Assembly: GCA_041937175.2 (NCBI GenBank)
Contig: CP166615.1
Location: 992,001 to 1,056,000 of the forward strand
Direction: 5' to 3'
Origin: Limnothrix sp. BL-A-16
GTDB taxonomy: Bacteria; Cyanobacteriota; Cyanobacteriia; CACIAM-69d
DNA length: 64,000 nt
Shown here: in pieces, positions 10,251 to 20,401 of the stretch
Layout: every line of letters starts with the position of its first letter
Numbering within the stretch: position 1 is the stretch's first letter
Program-made: the position numbers and the translations under genes
The notes under the pieces: model-generated
Databases searched by the model: none
What the model saw: only the letters and a program-made list of their open reading frames with translations
What the model was told of the DNA's origin: nothing

Positions 10251-11171
10251 TTAGGCGCGGCTCTGGCGACGCTTCAGCGCCACCCAGCTACCCACCGCAG
10301 CCAAACCAACCATCAAGGACGGCTCCGGCGTGGCGGCCGGCGGCTCCGGCAACTTGCCTTGGAACTGCACCAAATAGGTTCCGTTGTGGGACTTGCCATC
10401 ACCCGCTTCCACCTGTCCAGAAGCGATCCCCTGACCACCATAACGGACAGTTTCTTGCCCATCGTAAAGCACCTTCACCAGCTCGCTGGCTTGCAGCTTC
10501 ACCCCTTGGGTTCCCAGGGCCTTGATGGCGTTGCCATACTGAACTTTTTGGATGTTCGTTAGGGTTTTGCTGGTGGCAATCAGCCCCGACACAATATTGG
10601 TCACGTCCATGTGACCCGCCAGACCCACCGAAATCATCCCGCTCACCAAGTCTTGGTTCACGAAGGCAATGTTCGGGTCACTCAGTCTGGCCAAAGCGGC
10701 ATTGGCTTCCGTCGTGTTGGAGGTGAAGTAACCAACTGCTTCTGACAGCAAACCACCGGTCAAAATGCTGCTAATGCCATTTTGGGTAGCCACATCCGTC
10801 AGCCAAGCTTGGGTAAATTGAGCAGTCCAGTCGGACTTCACCAGGCTGCGGAATTGAATGGCTTGACCGTTCAGAGTGCCGCTGAGGGTGCTGTAAGTGC
10901 CGCTCAGGAACTTGGCCAGTCCAGGCGCGGTTTCGCTGTCTGCGAATAGTTCAACGTTGCCACCGGGCGCGGTCAGATCCCCTTGCAGGGCAGTGCCGAG
11001 GTTGCTGTTATCGCACAGAAAGGTGTTGGTGCCGTTTGAGCAATACACCAGGATATCGCCGGTGGTGCTGGCACCTTGGAGGCTGGCGGCTAGGGCTGGT
11101 GCTCCGGCAAACAACCCCACGCCAGCGGCCATTGAGGCGCTTACGACCAGTTTGGGGAAAAGTCCAACCAT
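10251..11171 (-). CDS. cyanobacterial PEP-CTERM sorting-domain surface protein
   Basis: Signal peptide ending APALA; C-terminal TPEPS followed by a hydrophobic helix and KRRQ. Confidence 0.85.
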   Translation of the reverse strand: MVGLFPKLVVSASMAAGVGLFAGAPALAASLQGASTTGDILVYCSNGTNTFLCDNSNLGTALQGDLTAPGGNVELFADSETAPGLAKFLSGTYSTLSGTLNGQAIQFRSLVKSDWTAQFTQAWLTDVATQNGISSILTGGLLSEAVGYFTSNTTEANAALARLSDPNIAFVNQDLVSGMISVGLAGHMDVTNIVSGLIATSKTLTNIQKVQYGNAIKALGTQGVKLQASELVKVLYDGQETVRYGGQGIASGQVEAGDGKSHNGTYLVQFQGKLPEPPAATPEPSLMVGLAAVGSWVALKRRQSRA

Positions 11172-11788
11172 GTTTTCGACTCCAACAGTCTTGAGCTAAC
11201 TTGGGCTAAAAATTTTGGGCTTGTTTTCAAGGAGCACCCAGCTAAGACGCGCTTGGCTTGGCGTTGGTCAGCCATCAGGGTTTTAAGCGCACTGGGCTGA
11301 CTTAACCTGCTACTCCTGCAATCCTACGGGAAGGGCCAGGGCGATTAGGTAAAGACTGGATAAAGTTGCGCAGATGGTTCTTAAGGAGTTGATGAAGTTC
11401 TGCTGAAGGCTTCGATGATTGATCTGGATCCCGCCTTGGGATGGGTCTCTGAGACTGATCTCTATAAATCGTTGATCTCGATCACACATCAAATGATCAA
11501 ATCGATCGGGCAGAATGAGTTTGCGGAAAAAGCAGCCCCAAATGAATCGTTCCAAGGCAAATTGCGAAAACAAGGCTGCTAATACGCATCTTGATCGAGT
11601 CCCCAAGAATCATCACGCGTCCCCAAGAGTCGCCCGGTGGACTGAGCCTTGATCGGCCAAACCCAATCCATATCTTTAGATCAACGAAAGATCAACGAAG
11701 GATCAACGAACCGATCACCAACTCAACCAACCATCGCTGATTAAATAGCTAGTCAACGGGGCGATCGAAAAGCGGTTCAGCGAGTTGA

Positions 11789-12325
11789 TCAATAAACCAG
11801 CACCGATCGAACCGGCACATCCGGCAGGCGATCGCGCCCCTTGAGGTCTTGCAGCTCAATCAAAAAGCCATAGCCCACCAGGGTTGCTTCAATTTGCTGG
11901 ATCAGTTGCCCAGCGGCGGCAGCCGTGCCCCCGGTGGCAATTACGTCATCCACCACCAACACCCGAGAGCCGGGGCTGATCGCATCCTGGTGAATTTCCA
12001 GGCGATCGCGCCCATATTCCAAGTCATATTCCACGCCATGGGTGGCGGCGGGGAGTTTGCCCGGTTTGCGCAGGGGCACAAAGCCCACACCCAAGGCCAA
12101 CGCCAAGGCCGGGCCAAACAGAAACCCGCGCGCTTCGATGCCGGCCACAAAATCCGGGCGCAGGTCATGGCAGCGATCGTGTAGGTGATCCACGGCCTGT
12201 TGCAAACCATCCCGATCGCGCAGCAGGGTTGTAATATCGCGGAAAACAATTCCGGGCTGTGGAAAATCAGGAATAGCACGAACCAGACGATGCAAATCCG
12301 TCGGCTGGGGCTGGGGCTGGGTCAT
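11789..12325 (-). CDS. apt: adenine phosphoribosyltransferase
   Basis: [27 protein letters not shown] and PRPP motif [11 protein letters not shown]. Confidence 0.97.
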   Translation of the reverse strand: MTQPQPQPTDLHRLVRAIPDFPQPGIVFRDITTLLRDRDGLQQAVDHLHDRCHDLRPDFVAGIEARGFLFGPALALALGVGFVPLRKPGKLPAATHGVEYDLEYGRDRLEIHQDAISPGSRVLVVDDVIATGGTAAAAGQLIQQIEATLVGYGFLIELQDLKGRDRLPDVPVRSVLVY

Positions 12326-12688
12326 CGGGGTTTTCTCCAGGAAATTACTTAAAACTGCTTAAACTGGTGGGGATCATTCGGTGGCATCAGTGCGGAATCA
12401 GTATCGCTGAATCGCGGGGCTGAATTTTGCAGCCGATCGTCCGGTGGGAGGTGGTTACGGAATGATTTTGGGATGATTGCAGGATGTTGGATGATTGCAG
12501 GATGTTTCAATGGGTGCGATCGCCCAAGTGGCACAGGCTTCCCGATCTTCCCCGATCGACCCAATGCCCTGGAATCTTCGCTTGGGTGGGATTGCCCCCT
12601 ATCCCCCTCGCGGACAATCGGACTGATTGACCGATGGATCGAAATGATTTTCTAATCAATGGTTTCATTGAATTGCTGATGTGATTCT

Positions 12689-13330
12689 GTGCCGATGACT
12701 TCTTCGAGTGCAATGTTTGCCGATCGATCGCCTATTCCCGCAGATTCACCGGAGATCCCGCCGATTTTGGAGCGGCTGCCCAATCCGCTCGTAAAAGATG
12801 GCGAATGTCCCCGACGGGCCCGCCAACAACTGGACTTGATGCTCCTGGCGATCGAAGCCCTCGATCTCAGCGGGGCTGAGGCCATTCTTTACTGTGCCCA
12901 AGAGCTGGGGATCACGAGCGTGGTTGGCACAAAGGTTAACCTGTGGCGACTGCGAGCCACAAATCCTTTGCGGCGGGCGGTGCAACGGCGGCCCCTCAGC
13001 TTGAATGAGGCCAAAGCCCTGACCACAATTGTGGTTTATTTGGCCAAGCGGCTGACGGTGCTGATTCGGCAATTACTTCTGGCTTGCGAGCGGCTGGAGG
13101 AGCAGGATCTATCCTTCGAGCACCATTTTCGGCTGGCGGATTATCTGGAGCGGTTCCGGGCCCACTTCCGGGCCCGGATGAATCCGCGCCGATCGGCCGT
13201 GACGGTTTACAACACCGACGAAGCCCTGAATACCCTGGCCCTGCGCTTGCTGGAACAGTTACTGTACTGCTCGTCAACGGCGGGGCTGGAACGCTTTTGG
13301 ATTAGTTTGTTTGACGGAGAAGTGGCGTGA
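12689..13330 (+). CDS. DUF3038-family cyanobacterial protein
   Basis: LDLMLLAIEALDL, NLWRLRATNPLRR and RFWISLFDGEV; overlaps the next gene (GTGA). Start uncertain. Confidence 0.75.
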   Translation: MPMTSSSAMFADRSPIPADSPEIPPILERLPNPLVKDGECPRRARQQLDLMLLAIEALDLSGAEAILYCAQELGITSVVGTKVNLWRLRATNPLRRAVQRRPLSLNEAKALTTIVVYLAKRLTVLIRQLLLACERLEEQDLSFEHHFRLADYLERFRAHFRARMNPRRSAVTVYNTDEALNTLALRLLEQLLYCSSTAGLERFWISLFDGEVA

Positions 13331-14805
13331 CAATTCAACGACAGTACAGCTTGCCCAATTGTGTCCTGACCCTGGAGGGTATGGATTCATTGGCAGAGGT
13401 GGGAGAAGCAAGACCGACTTTATCGGTGCTGTTGACGGTGAATTGTCAGTTTCCTGCCCATGGCCGGGGATTTTTGTGCGATCGCAGCTTTTTTGAGCGG
13501 TTTGCCCAGGTGGTGAGTCAATACGCCCAGGGTTGCTTCAGCGGCATTCAATCGCCCCAGTTGCCCACGGAGATCGATCCCAGTCAGCCCAATGTGGCGG
13601 TTGTGCCGGCCGATGGGGGCAAACATCGATTGTTGGTGATGCCGCCGCCGAATCCGGAGGGGCCCGGTGATGGCCCGCCGCAGCCGATCGAGCTATTGCT
13701 GACCCCGCTGCAACTGTTTGACTTGGTGGAAACGATCGACCAGTTCTATGGCGATCCCAAAACCTTGCCCGACATCCAGCAGGTGTTCTCACCGGTGTCT
13801 CGCCATGACTTGGTGCAGGCGGAACCGCTGGTGCAACGGGCGGCTCCCGTGGCCTTGGGCGCGTCCGGGTTGGCCGTGGCGGCGGGGTTGTTGTTCATGC
13901 TGCCCGTGCCCAAGGTGCAGCAACCCAAGGATTTGTTGCGACCCACGCCCACACCCACGCCTCAAAATCAGTCGGCCTTGCCCTCGCCCTCACCGGCCAC
14001 CGCACCCAGCCCCACGAAACCTCAGCCCCAAACCCGATCGCTCCCGGCGGCATCCCCAGCCAGCACGAGCGCAGCCATTCCCCCCTCATCGGTGCCAGTG
14101 CCCTCGCCCCTGGCCGGAGAGGGAGCCGATACGCTGTTGACTCCCGCCAAGCCGGTGACGGATCCCAAACAGTTGGCGGCCTTGGAGCGGTATCTCCTGG
14201 GCCAGTTAGATCAGGCTTGGACCGATCGCCAGAATTTGGCCGTGACCTTGAGCTACCGGGTGAGCGTGGGCGAGGATGGCTCGATCGTGGGCTATTTGCC
14301 AGAAAACGCCATGGCCCAAGAGGCGATCGCCCGCACCCCGTTGCCCAAATTGCTCTTTAAACCCCTCGATCGGGCCAACACCGGAGAACCCCTAGCCACT
14401 TTCCAGGTCTCCTTCAGCGCTGCCCAGGGGGTGCAAGTGATCCCCATGAGATCCGTCAACGCCAGCAATGCCGCTGTCAACCGAATTCAGAACCCCAGCC
14501 TCAGCGACGCGATCGCCCGTGAAAGTGCCCGCGCCCAGCTTGAAAAGAGCCTGCGAACCGCCTGGCAGGGTCAATCTGCGCCCAGTATGCCCCTGATGTA
14601 TGACGTGCGCACCAATGCCGCTGGCCTCGCAGTGGAGGCGGATCCTGCCAATCGCAACGCGGCCCAAAAACCCTTCCCCCTGGGCCCATTGCTGAACCCG
14701 GCCGCCAGCGCCATCAAAGGCGACAACGGCAAGGTGCAACTGGCTCCCTTGGCTCAGTTTCGAGTGATCTTTTGGCCCGACGGGTCGATCGATGTGCGTT
14801 CCTAA
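13327..14805 (+). CDS. DUF4335-family protein (one TM helix, Pro-rich linker)
   Basis: N-terminal IQRQYSLPNCVLTLEG and QLFDLVETIDQF, a TM helix, then a P/S-rich region. Confidence 0.75.
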   Translation: MTIQRQYSLPNCVLTLEGMDSLAEVGEARPTLSVLLTVNCQFPAHGRGFLCDRSFFERFAQVVSQYAQGCFSGIQSPQLPTEIDPSQPNVAVVPADGGKHRLLVMPPPNPEGPGDGPPQPIELLLTPLQLFDLVETIDQFYGDPKTLPDIQQVFSPVSRHDLVQAEPLVQRAAPVALGASGLAVAAGLLFMLPVPKVQQPKDLLRPTPTPTPQNQSALPSPSPATAPSPTKPQPQTRSLPAASPASTSAAIPPSSVPVPSPLAGEGADTLLTPAKPVTDPKQLAALERYLLGQLDQAWTDRQNLAVTLSYRVSVGEDGSIVGYLPENAMAQEAIARTPLPKLLFKPLDRANTGEPLATFQVSFSAAQGVQVIPMRSVNASNAAVNRIQNPSLSDAIARESARAQLEKSLRTAWQGQSAPSMPLMYDVRTNAAGLAVEADPANRNAAQKPFPLGPLLNPAASAIKGDNGKVQLAPLAQFRVIFWPDGSIDVRS

Positions 14806-14948
14806 CCTGATTCTTGGGGATTTCTTGGGTATGTTGGCCTTGGGGTTAGCTCGATCGCTGGGTTGATGGCTGGGTTGATTTCGCCCAAGCGTCCTCACCC
14901 AATCGATCGCCCCAATCCCAATCCTCCATCTCCCTGGTGTTCCTAGCT

Positions 14949-16208
14949 ATGGCTGGTCTATCTCCCGAAGGATTCTTTGATCTGAGTGCCGGTAACGATA
15001 CCTACACCGTTCCGGCCAACCTGCTCGCCACCGCCCCCCAAGGCCTACGGGCCCTGGAAGGTGCAGACAGCGTTCAAGGGTCTGAAGGGGGTGATTTTAT
15101 CTATGGCAACACGGGCAACGATCGGCTGCAGGGCAACGGTGGAAACGACAGCTTGCTAGGGGGCCGCGACCAAGACGACCTCGATGGCGGACTGGGGGAT
15201 GACCTCGTGGCTGGGAACTTGGGTAACGATTGGGTGGTGGGTGGCGATGGCAACGATACCCTAGTGGGAGGGCGTGATGCTGATCTACTCCTGGGCGGTG
15301 CGGGCAATGATTTCCTGAGCGGCGATTTGGGCAGCGATGTGCTGATCGGTAGTGCAGGAACCGATACCTTCAGCCTGCGGGGCGATGCCACCGGTCTCAG
15401 CAATGTGGACGTGGTGTTGGATTTTGATCCCACGGTCGATCGCCTGCAACTAAACAATCTGAGTGCCAGCGATATGCGCTTCCAAACCACCAGCTATTCC
15501 CTCAGCCTCCTGGTCACCCTCCTGCAAGGCAGCAGCGGCAGCCTGCCTCCGGGGCTAACCCTGCCTGCCAATGCCACCGCCGCCACCATTCGCCAAACGA
15601 TCCAGAGCACCGTGGGCGTGGACATTGATCCCGACGGCGACGGCTCCATCACCGGCACCTTGGTGACCAATGCGGCTGGCCAAGAAATTGCCTTCTTTTT
15701 GGGGGCTGCCCCCGATGCTGTGGCCCGCGCGGCCGGTGGCAGTACCACCAACGGCGGCGGAACCAGCGGCGGCGGAACCAGCACCTTCACGAGCGACATC
15801 CTCACCACCCACAACAGCTATCGATCGGCCGTGGGTGTTGCCCCTCTCACTTGGTCAGACTCCTTGGCCAGGGATGCCCAGGCCTGGGCAAACCAATTGG
15901 CATCCACCGGAGCCTTTAACCATGCCCAAAACACCGGTCAGGGCGAAAACTTAGCCCGAGGAACCAGTGGAGCCTATTCCGCTAAAGCGTTGGTTGACCT
16001 ATGGGGAGCCGAAAAGCGGTTCTTTAAGCAGGGAATTTTCCCCAACGTCAGCACCACCGGCAATTGGGCCGATGTGGGACACTACACCCAAATCGTTTGG
16101 CGCAACACGACGCAAGTGGGCTGCGGCCTGGCCTCGGGCGGTGGTAACGATACCTTGGTTTGTCGCTATTCACCGCCGGGGAATTTCACCGGCCAAGCCC
16201 CGTTCTAG
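14949..16208 (+). CDS. RTX Ca-binding repeat protein with C-terminal CAP/SCP domain
   Basis: GGxGxD nonapeptide repeats; CAP motifs HNSYR, GENLA, GHYTQIVW and VCRYSPPGN. Confidence 0.88.
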   Translation: MAGLSPEGFFDLSAGNDTYTVPANLLATAPQGLRALEGADSVQGSEGGDFIYGNTGNDRLQGNGGNDSLLGGRDQDDLDGGLGDDLVAGNLGNDWVVGGDGNDTLVGGRDADLLLGGAGNDFLSGDLGSDVLIGSAGTDTFSLRGDATGLSNVDVVLDFDPTVDRLQLNNLSASDMRFQTTSYSLSLLVTLLQGSSGSLPPGLTLPANATAATIRQTIQSTVGVDIDPDGDGSITGTLVTNAAGQEIAFFLGAAPDAVARAAGGSTTNGGGTSGGGTSTFTSDILTTHNSYRSAVGVAPLTWSDSLARDAQAWANQLASTGAFNHAQNTGQGENLARGTSGAYSAKALVDLWGAEKRFFKQGIFPNVSTTGNWADVGHYTQIVWRNTTQVGCGLASGGGNDTLVCRYSPPGNFTGQAPF

Positions 16209-16276
16209 TGGCACGACGAGCTGATTTTGAGCTGATTTTGATAGGCTGATCCTAGTGACTGTTTCCATTGCTCGAT

Positions 16277-16526
16277 CGTTAGGCAGCAAGGGAATAACAG
16301 TTGCCATCGCCAAACTGTTAGGCAGCAAGGGGCTTAGGGGGTGTCGTCGTTGAGCACGAAATCCCAGATTTGCCGTTAGCGGATCGTTAGGCAGCAAGGA
16401 GCTTAAGCCCCCGTTCGCGGATCATGGGGGGCAAGGGGCTTAAGCCCCCGTTCGCGGATCGTGGGGGACAAGGGGCTTAAGCCCCCGTTCGCGGATCGTG
16501 GGGGACAAGGGGCTTAAGCCCCTTGT
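16277..16526. repeat. composite REP-like cluster including three 37-bp tandem units
   Basis: Unit CCCCCGTTCGCGGATCGTGGGGGACAAGGGGCTTAAG at 16408-44, 16445-81 and 16482-518. Upstream TTAGGCAGCAAGG arms and a TAGGGGGTGTCGTC element end at about 16335. Confidence 0.85.
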
Positions 16527-16612
16527 TATGACGATTCACCCCGCAATCTTGACCCCATGAATTAGGACAGCCCCGTTCTAGGATTTGCCATTCATTCAGG
16601 ATTCAGAACCTC

Positions 16613-17488
16613 ATGTTTCAAATTGAAGAATTAGCTGAACAGTGGCCGGTCTTTCGATTAACCGATGGGGCTGCCCAGTCCGTTTTAGAAGTGGTTCCCG
16701 ATCGCGGCGGCATCATCACCCGCTGGGCAGTTCAGGGCCAAGAGCTGCTCTATCTCGATCGTGATCGCTATCAAGATTCCAACCTCAGCGTTCGCGGCGG
16801 CATCCCCATTTTGTTCCCCATTTGCGGGAACTTACCGGACAATTACTATCAGCTACCCAGCGGAGAAACGGGCATTCTCAAGCAGCATGGCTTTGCACGA
16901 GATTTGCCTTGGATGGTCACGGGATCCGACTTGCGCGACGCAGCGAGCATTACCCTCACCCTCGATGCCACACCCGCAACCCTAGCCGTTTATCCCTTCC
17001 AGTTTCGATTGGATTTCACCTATCGGTTGCAGGGAAATCAGTTAGAAATAATCCAAAATCATCACAACTTGGGCGATCGCCCCATGCCCTTTTCCTCAGG
17101 GCTACATCCCTACTTCAACGTGGCTGATAAATCAGCCTTGGCGATCGATCTGCCTGCCACTGAATATTTCGATCAAAAGCGCCAATTGAGCGGGGCCTTT
17201 GATGGCAATTTGGACTTTGAACAAGATGAATTAGATCTGCGATTTCCTGTGGTCGATCGCCTATCGGCCACGGTCACAGATCGCCAGCAACAGCAAACCC
17301 TCAGCCTGGAGTTTGATGCTAGTTACCGCACCTTGGTGTTTTGGACATTGAAGGGTAAGCCTTTCTATTGCCTGGAACCCTGGACAGGGCCGCGCAATGC
17401 CTTAAACACGGGTGAACAATTGCTGTGGCTAGATCCCGGTTCGACTCACACCAATCAGGTGCGATTGCAACTGCAACATAACCGCTAA
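16613..17488 (+). CDS. aldose 1-epimerase family protein
   Basis: RGGIPILFPICG, QHGFAR, GLHPYF and YCLEPW motifs. Confidence 0.9.
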   Translation: MFQIEELAEQWPVFRLTDGAAQSVLEVVPDRGGIITRWAVQGQELLYLDRDRYQDSNLSVRGGIPILFPICGNLPDNYYQLPSGETGILKQHGFARDLPWMVTGSDLRDAASITLTLDATPATLAVYPFQFRLDFTYRLQGNQLEIIQNHHNLGDRPMPFSSGLHPYFNVADKSALAIDLPATEYFDQKRQLSGAFDGNLDFEQDELDLRFPVVDRLSATVTDRQQQQTLSLEFDASYRTLVFWTLKGKPFYCLEPWTGPRNALNTGEQLLWLDPGSTHTNQVRLQLQHNR

Positions 17489-17547
17489 AGCACAGCCCCT
17501 TAAGGGCGTTCCATTGATGTAGTTCGTTCACAATGGGTTCTTGATCG

Positions 17548-19011
17548 ATGATGCTCACGCCCGAGGAGTTTCAGCAACAATGGACAGCCCTGCTCGATCG
17601 GGTGGAAACCTGCACCACGGAAAAAGCCCTAGAAGATCGAGTTTTGACCCCATTGCTGATGCTGCTAGGCTATGACAGAGCCGATGTGGCCCAACAGGTT
17701 CCTTTTGGGCGTAAACGGGTTGATTTTTTAGTGAGGGCCCAACAAGCAGCTCCCTGTAGCCACTATTTGGTCATTGAGGCAAAAGCACCCCGCAAATCGA
17801 TCGCCCACAATAGCTGGCAACTGCGGGAATATCTCCGGGAATCGGGCAGTTTGTTGGGCCTATTAACCAATGGCAATCAGTTCAAGTTGCTCTATAACGA
17901 TGGTAGAGCAATTCACATTCTGTGGGAGTTTGAGCGAGCCGATCTTTACGGTAACTATCGGTTGCTGGGATCGTTGCTGTGGGAGCGCAATTGCGATCGG
18001 GTCATGGCCGCCTTTGCCGATAGCCATCGAAAGGTTCATCATCAATTTATTCGGGCGATCGCGCGGCTTTCTCACGATCCCAAAATGATGAGCCTGTTGG
18101 CGATTCACGATCGCCAAACCTCAGACCCAGAACCTCAACGGCGAGAGTCTATGATCATCACGGTTTTTAACAACAAGGGTGGGGTTGGTAAAACAACACT
18201 CACCATCAACTTAGCCGCTGCCTTAAGCCAAATGGGCAAGCGAGTTTTGCTGATTGATATTGATGCTCAGGCCAATTTAACCACCGGACTCGGAATTGAT
18301 CCCCTTGAAGATATTGAAAAAGCGGGACGCAAGGATATTACCCATCTGCTGACGGAACCCAAAACCACGGCCGCTTCTGTCACCATCAGCAAGCGCTGGG
18401 GCAATGTGACCTTGGATGTGATTCCTTCCCATATTCGGCTCAGCAATATGGAGAATCAGCTCATTCAGTTAGTGGATAGCGATCGAATCCTGGCCAAAAA
18501 ACTCAAAAACCATGACTATGATTTTGTATTCGTTGACCCACCGCCCTCCTTTGGGAAAGTGAACCGAATTTCCCTGATGGCTTCGGCGGGAGTTCTGGTG
18601 CCCACACAGCTTTCCCCCTATCCCATTCGTGCCTTGGAATATGTGCTTAGTCAAGTGGAAGAGGTGGGACAATTCCGAGAAACACCCCTGCCGATTGTGG
18701 GCATTGCTGTCAGTATGTATGATCGCCAGTCCAAGACTTTTAATCAAGCCATGGTGGATGATTTGAACGCCAAGCTTGATCGGCTCCCGGGGGGCGATCG
18801 CACGGCGCTTTTCCGCGAGGAAACTTGGGTTCCTCGGTTAAATGTTTTGTCCAAATCTCAATCGAAAGGCTATCCGCTTTGCGCGGCTGATTTTGATGAG
18901 GATCTGGGATCTCAGGATCGCAATTCCGTTGAAAATGCCCTGGCGGCCTTTGAGAATTTGGCCAAAGAATTGATTCAAAAAGTTAGTGTTGACGCTGAAC
19001 CTAACCCATGA
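17548..19011 (+). CDS. HsdR_N-like PD-(D/E)XK nuclease domain fused to ParA/Soj ATPase
   Basis: N-terminal LGY..RVDF..VIEAK..QLREY..LLTNG; C-terminal deviant Walker A NKGGVGKTT, IDIDAQAN and Walker B FVDPPPS. Confidence 0.8.
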   Translation: MMLTPEEFQQQWTALLDRVETCTTEKALEDRVLTPLLMLLGYDRADVAQQVPFGRKRVDFLVRAQQAAPCSHYLVIEAKAPRKSIAHNSWQLREYLRESGSLLGLLTNGNQFKLLYNDGRAIHILWEFERADLYGNYRLLGSLLWERNCDRVMAAFADSHRKVHHQFIRAIARLSHDPKMMSLLAIHDRQTSDPEPQRRESMIITVFNNKGGVGKTTLTINLAAALSQMGKRVLLIDIDAQANLTTGLGIDPLEDIEKAGRKDITHLLTEPKTTAASVTISKRWGNVTLDVIPSHIRLSNMENQLIQLVDSDRILAKKLKNHDYDFVFVDPPPSFGKVNRISLMASAGVLVPTQLSPYPIRALEYVLSQVEEVGQFRETPLPIVGIAVSMYDRQSKTFNQAMVDDLNAKLDRLPGGDRTALFREETWVPRLNVLSKSQSKGYPLCAADFDEDLGSQDRNSVENALAAFENLAKELIQKVSVDAEPNP

Positions 19012-19979
19012 GCGATTATCAAGAACGTCGCCGCCTGATTCGCGAAAATCTGAAGATTCAACCCGTTAACCATGGTCAGGTTCATACCTGTTTGGTGGGG
19101 ATGCGATCGCAACCGAAAATTTCACCCGATCGCTATGAGGAACTGCGGTGGAGTTTGCAGAATCACAACAGCAATTTGATCCCGATTTTAGTTCGCCGCA
19201 CCGATCAGCTTGGGGATGAAGTGGAATATGAGGTGATCCATGGGGCCGATTGGGTGGTGGTGGCCAATGATTTAGACATTGGAATGCTTTGGGCTTGGGT
19301 TTTTGACCTAAGTGATGCGGAAGCGGAATTAGCCCAAGAAGAGCTGGCGGTTTTGTTAGAGAGCGATCCCCCTTCGGCCTCGATTGCCAACCCCGATTCA
19401 AGCCCTCAGCCAGTTGTGGAAACAGGCATCGATTCAACTTTTGGCCAGCGTCTGGAAGAACAATTAACCCAACGGTTGGAGCAACTTCTCGATCAAAAAC
19501 TCACCCAGTCTCTTGCGGGAGTGACCATTGCCGATCGCCATGCTTTGGGGGATGCCAACTCAGCGCAAACATTGGCCAAGCTCGAAAGCCAAATGACAGC
19601 TCTCAGCCAACAGGTGGCGAACCTTAGCCAACCGGGAAATGCGATCGCGCAGCCACAGCCGCCCAGCCCTACGGGCGAAACCAACTCCAGCAGCGCCGCC
19701 CAGGAAATGGTTGCTTCTTTGGAGCGATCGATCCATCGCCTTTGCGAAGTGGTGACCGAAGGATCAAAAATTACCCTGACGATCGAGCCGCCGGCCCAGT
19801 CGCCAGCCAAAATTGTTGATCCCCAAGAAGCCGAACTGCGGGCCATTTACGGCGCGATCGCGTTGACCAAGCTCAAAACCCTCGCCAAAGAAAAGGGAAT
19901 CGCGGTCAGCAGCAAGGCGAAGGCTGAGGAAATTATTGAGGCCCTGATTGAATCCCATCGTCCATCGGTTGCGTCCTAG
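19008..19979 (+). CDS. ParB-N-like protein with coiled coil and C-terminal Rho-N-like helical domain
   Basis: ELRWSLQNHNSNLIPILVRR...YEVIHG resembles the ParB/Srx fold; C-terminal LTKLKTLAKEKGI...KAEEIIEAL. ATGA overlap with the upstream gene. Confidence 0.6.
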   Translation: MSDYQERRRLIRENLKIQPVNHGQVHTCLVGMRSQPKISPDRYEELRWSLQNHNSNLIPILVRRTDQLGDEVEYEVIHGADWVVVANDLDIGMLWAWVFDLSDAEAELAQEELAVLLESDPPSASIANPDSSPQPVVETGIDSTFGQRLEEQLTQRLEQLLDQKLTQSLAGVTIADRHALGDANSAQTLAKLESQMTALSQQVANLSQPGNAIAQPQPPSPTGETNSSSAAQEMVASLERSIHRLCEVVTEGSKITLTIEPPAQSPAKIVDPQEAELRAIYGAIALTKLKTLAKEKGIAVSSKAKAEEIIEALIESHRPSVAS

Positions 19980-20020
19980 TAGCATGACAGGCTTAATACA
20001 TTGGGTCAAAGTTGCGGAGC

Positions 20021-20124
20021 CAGTCGTAGTAACAAGGGGCTTGAGCATCTTGCTGCCTAACGATTTGGTGGTGATAACAGCCATGTAATTTAACCCAGTG
20101 AATTAAGGCAGCCACGCTACTAGG
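20021..20124. repeat. REP-core variant plus about 70-bp conserved tail
   Basis: CAAGGGGCTTGAGCATCTTGCTGCCTAACGATTTGGTGG...AATTTAACCCAG...TAGG aligns with 42655-42746. Confidence 0.8.
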
Positions 20125-20287
20125 CTCAATTACATCTAGCCTGGGGCTAGTGCTGAGCGAGGACGGACAACATTTGGCGAGATTGATCGGGGCAGTTTCC
20201 GCAAACTTCATCAAACTTCATTGCCACCCTTGAAGCGCGATCGGTTGTGGGTTAAAGTATCAAACGTCATCCCCAGGATGGCTAATT

Positions 20288-20360
<73 letters not shown>

Positions 20361-20401
20361 TCCGAATCGCGTTAATCAGGCAGCCCCATGATCGGGCCGG
20401 C

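Noticed and set aside
16408..16518. 37-bp repeats as a CRISPR array
   Set aside because: The units are head-to-tail with no unique spacers, and there are no cas genes in the window.
16335..19996. Composite transposon bounded by TAGGGGGTGTCGTC and CATGACAGGCTTAA
   Set aside because: The right-hand match is short and degenerate, and no target duplication supports it.
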